The position numbers were made by a program, and so were the translations under genes. The notes under the pieces were generated by a model. It was not told the DNA's origin. It searched no databases and saw only the letters and a program-made list of their open reading frames with translations. Positions 34,423 through 37,631 of a stretch of 37,631 nucleotides of DNA are shown piece by piece (positions within the stretch are counted from its first letter, which is position 1; each line of letters starts with the position of its first letter). Source of the DNA: Psammoneis japonica (taxonomy: Eukaryota); contig QPGO01000369.1 in assembly GCA_008632985.1 (NCBI GenBank), positions 1-37,631 of the forward strand. The letters run 5' to 3'.

Positions 34423-35223
34423 TGACTCTGCTTGCACGGGACACGCACAACCCACAAGCAAGTGCAGGTTGCTCAGCCAACCTGTTTGTTGCAACAGGAT
34501 GCTCAGCAACTTCAACAGGGTTGGACTCTTTCAGATCCTTCAATTTCACCCATGACAAGCTTCCATCCTTGGCTCCAGCTGACCAACAGCTTCCAACCTT
34601 TTGCAGTGGTCCTTTTTGACTCCTGTTTGTCAGCAATTTGTGCTGTTCCATCATTGGTTGGCATTGCGTTGCCTGTCTTCTCATGATCCTGCATCTCTTT
34701 CAGTGCAAAACATTGGTTGTCTTCACTGTTGACTTGAACAAACCTGTTCTCAGCAGCTGCACTGGCTGTGTGCTTGTCTGTTGCACCATTGGCACATTTG
34801 ACTTCATGCTCTCAAGTGTCAAATGTTGGGCTCTGATGTCTGGTCCCAGCCAGATGCCCATCTTGTCCTTTTGCCTGTTTTGTGAGGACACCTCATTGCT
34901 CACCATTGGCTCCAATGTCAAACACAAGTTCCATGCCCAGATGCTGGTTGATTGCCTGCTCATTGTCATTGTCTGGCCGCTTGTCTGGCAATGGCATGTC
35001 TCCACATTCCTTGTCCGTTGGCATGACACCATCCTCACATTGGACACTGGGATTGTCATCTGTGGCAAGATCATCCAATGCAAATGCTGGCACAGCTTTG
35101 TCACCCTCTGAAACAAAGCCAGTGTTGCCCAGGTGTGTCTCAAGTTGCCCATTGAACTTGTGAACCTCAACATGGATGTCAGGCTGCACCACATTGGCCT
35201 GCGTCACATGCTCCACCAATGTT

Positions 35224-36132
35224 GACGTGTTCCAGCCCCAGGTGAGACTTTTTGTGACATGGTGCCCGCCAAATTCTGTGTGCAAGCTCCACAGCAAAAT
35301 TGCCAAGCAACAAAAGTGTGAATGATTGCCAACAGCAAAAGAGGCAATTTTGCAAATGCATCTCCTCCTCCACACTTGAAGTGCAGTCTGCTCGCGTCAA
35401 CACATGCTGGGGGTGCATGCCGAATTTCAGCACATGTCACAGAGAGGATGTGTGTCATTGCTTTCTGGTGCAAAAGCGTGCATCTTTGCCACACACACAG
35501 AACAAGTGCCAGCACATGCGCAGATTGAAATCTTGCGCTTCTCCCTCACGACTCATTTGTGCTACGTTCGTGCAGCCACCACTGCAATTTTTGAAAAAAA
35601 CCATGACATGCCTTCATCTGTTCTTTGGTCCTGCCAGGCGCAAAGAAGCCCAGGACCACTTCTCAGAGGCAAACAATGGTCAATGAGGGCATTTTCAGTT
35701 GTTTCAAGCGCAGTCTTAATGACTTCATTGCCTCAAACTGGTTGCATCACGGATTCACGACATGGCCTGTCGGTCTGTCAGTCTGTCTGTTAACAGGGAA
35801 TTCTGACCCTTGTCCGAGGGGTCAGGCCAGACATTTGGCACATGTTGTAGAGTGGGCACATGTTAAAAAGCATGTGTTGATGCAAGCAGACTGTGCATTG
35901 TTGACAGCATGGCCGGGTGTGTTCTTCAGACAATGAAGAATGTGCCCAGCGCATTTTTGTTGTCACAAATGCAGAAAACAGAAAGCCTTCGGCTTTGCAA
36001 AACAGGCAGTGTGGAACAACTTTTTTGCAACAGAACATGGAGAAATGCATGTGCAAAACATGTGACGGATGACAAAAAACAATCATGTCACTGTCCAGCA
36101 GTGCAAGGTCCAACCTGGAGCTTGAACGTGTC
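35224..36132 (+). mobile_element. MITE family A-related copy carrying a nested insertion
   Basis: GACGTGTTCCAGCCCCAGGTGAGA ... TCCAACCTGGAGCTTGAACGTGTC, flanks TGTT/TGTC. Collinear with 30529-30933 once 35384-35893 is removed. Confidence 0.75.
35384..35893. mobile_element. 510-bp Tc1/mariner-type MITE (25-bp TIR starting CAGT, 2-bp TSD)
   Basis: CAGTCTGCTCGCGTCAACACATGCT / AGCATGTGTTGATGCAAGCAGACTG, flanked by TG on both sides. The empty site is visible in the 30529-30933 copy. Confidence 0.8.
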
Positions 36133-36725
36133 TGTCTTTGGGAGACTGTCTTCCTGCTCTCCACAATGATCCAACAGCACATGTCCAGTCTGACTTTGTG
36201 TGAGACACCAAGCCACCAACCAAGCTGTCATTGGGCCACCCACTGCACTCAGCTTGTTGGGCCTGTCCCGCCACCATGCCATGTCACAAAAGCAAAAATC
36301 CAAGTGCTCGCCAATTTCCAGTGTTTGCCCAGTGACCTCTTTGCACCCAGCCCTCTCATCACTGCCCCACACCATGTGCAATGACAGCTCCAACTCATGA
36401 ACAAGACCAAAGTCCCACAATCTTTTTGGCACCTTCTTCTTTGCCATTTGCAGTCGCCAATGCTTGGCCAAGAAACAGATCTTGCACTCCGCTGCTTGAC
36501 TCTGGTTCTTTTGACCCTGTTCTGATGTCCCAAGTTCAATCCTCACATGACGCGCATGCCTCACAAACTCAGCAGTGCTCCTGCATTGTCTGTAAAGACA
36601 ACAAGAGACCAACCTGCCTCCAGCCTTGTGGCCATCAGCATGACCTTGACAAATTTGCCTTGAGTGCAGACATTGGCACACGTGTCACCGAGCAAAGACT
36701 TGACCTTGGATGTCCATGAACCACA

Positions 36726-36915
36726 TCCCTTCTTTCAAGTGCTTCCAATGTGGGTCCAAATGGTCCACCCTTGCTCTTCTTGACACATGTCCCTTCTTTC
36801 AAGCACTTCCAATGTGGGTCCCAATGGCCCGCCCTTGCTCTTCTTGACACATGTCCCTTCTTTCAAGCACTTCCAATGTGGGTCCAAATGGTCCACCCTT
36901 GCTCTTCTTGACACA
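36726..36915 (+). repeat. 64-bp tandem triplication inside the old copia
   Basis: Units start at 36726, 36790 and 36854 (tcccttctttcaagYRcttccaatgtgggtcc...cttgacaca). Confidence 0.9.
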
Positions 36916-37631
36916 GGTTGAGTTGCCATCTGCGTGCCATGTTGGGCAGCCACATTGAGCATGTCTTTTGCCGTTTCCAAGCTGATGCTCCATTTCCTGG
37001 CCAGCTCTTTGGCATCAATCTTGGAGTGTCTGTCCTCACTGTGTGGCTCCTTGATGGACTTTTGCTTGGCATCAATGTCATCTTGACACGTGCAAGCCAC
37101 ATTGACCAAGCCAATGAGCCTGTCTTAAAATGACTGGAGGTGACAAACTGGGGACAAATGGGTCAGCTCGACTTCAACCTTGCCCCAGCCAACTGCTTGG
37201 GACTTTGCCCTGTCACGCCTTGATTCTGAAACATCTTCCTGTCACATGTGCCGGAAGTTGATGATCTGATGGTGCGCATCTCTGCCTGTTCTCCAGTGCT
37301 TTCTGGCAATCCCATGTCAACTTCAGTTGGATCCCATGCGTTGCCTGTCAAAAGCACAACCCCAAGGGCACACTGAATTAATCTCACGCATTGGGCAGTG
37401 CCCCTGACCCCACTTTCACCCCAGATTGTCAAAATGTGTAAAACACCCCTGTTTTGTAAAATGCCCCAGTGACAAGCAGCAGCTTGGGTCATCATGGTGC
37501 TTTCGACAGTCGAGTCAAGTAGTTTTTGCTGTTTGCGCATTCAAATTGCGTGCACTGACAGTGAGTTCTAACTTCCAGGTTCCTTCTGGTTTTGATCTGA
37601 CATCAAACATGACCAAACAACAGCACCAACG

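Larger units (their letters stand above)
32034..37631 (-). mobile_element. Old, heavily decayed Ty1/copia element (pol region), extending beyond the window; LTR not resolved
   Basis: Frameshifted fragments: RNase H AFVDSSHAGN...QNTAELATFGS (32034-32666); RT RKARFVAGGHTT...SSIVSRDSV (33289-33732); THKFGILLPK...AIDKEM; KDGSLSWVKLKDLKESNPVEVAE; integrase VPKRLWDFGL...VTGQTLEIGEHLDF; ELARKWSISLETAK. Confidence 0.85.

Noticed and set aside
36726..36915. CRISPR-like array (also considered for 5143-6702 and 23793-24087)
   Set aside because: No unique spacers of regular length, no cas genes, and a eukaryotic context. These are tandem or dispersed repeats.

Overview
Eukaryotic DNA, most likely from a diatom or other stramenopile (inferred from the transposon types, short GT-AG introns with CTCAC branch points and a TTAGGG-type repeat). 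About 33 kb of nested transposons surround one ordinary host gene at 27281-30116, a secreted bacterial-type zinc metalloprotease with FN3 domains and one intron. The transposons are: two related APE/RT/RNase H non-LTR retrotransposons, a complete Ty1/copia element (276-bp LTRs, CCAAG TSD), an older decayed copia, a Sola1-like DNA transposon with TIRs and TSD, and several MITEs. The main finding is a near-complete loss of TpA dinucleotides on both strands throughout the repeat block, with TpA converted to TpG or CpA (A:T to G:C transitions). TpA is normal in the gene island (~26650-30445). Conserved Tyr codons have become Cys or His. Paired LTRs, TIRs, TSDs, a satellite and a telomeric repeat all show that the change happened after insertion, in DNA, and in the TA to TG/CA direction. 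This looks like a repeat-directed A-to-G hypermutation system running opposite to fungal RIP. I do not know of a described equivalent. All counts are manual.
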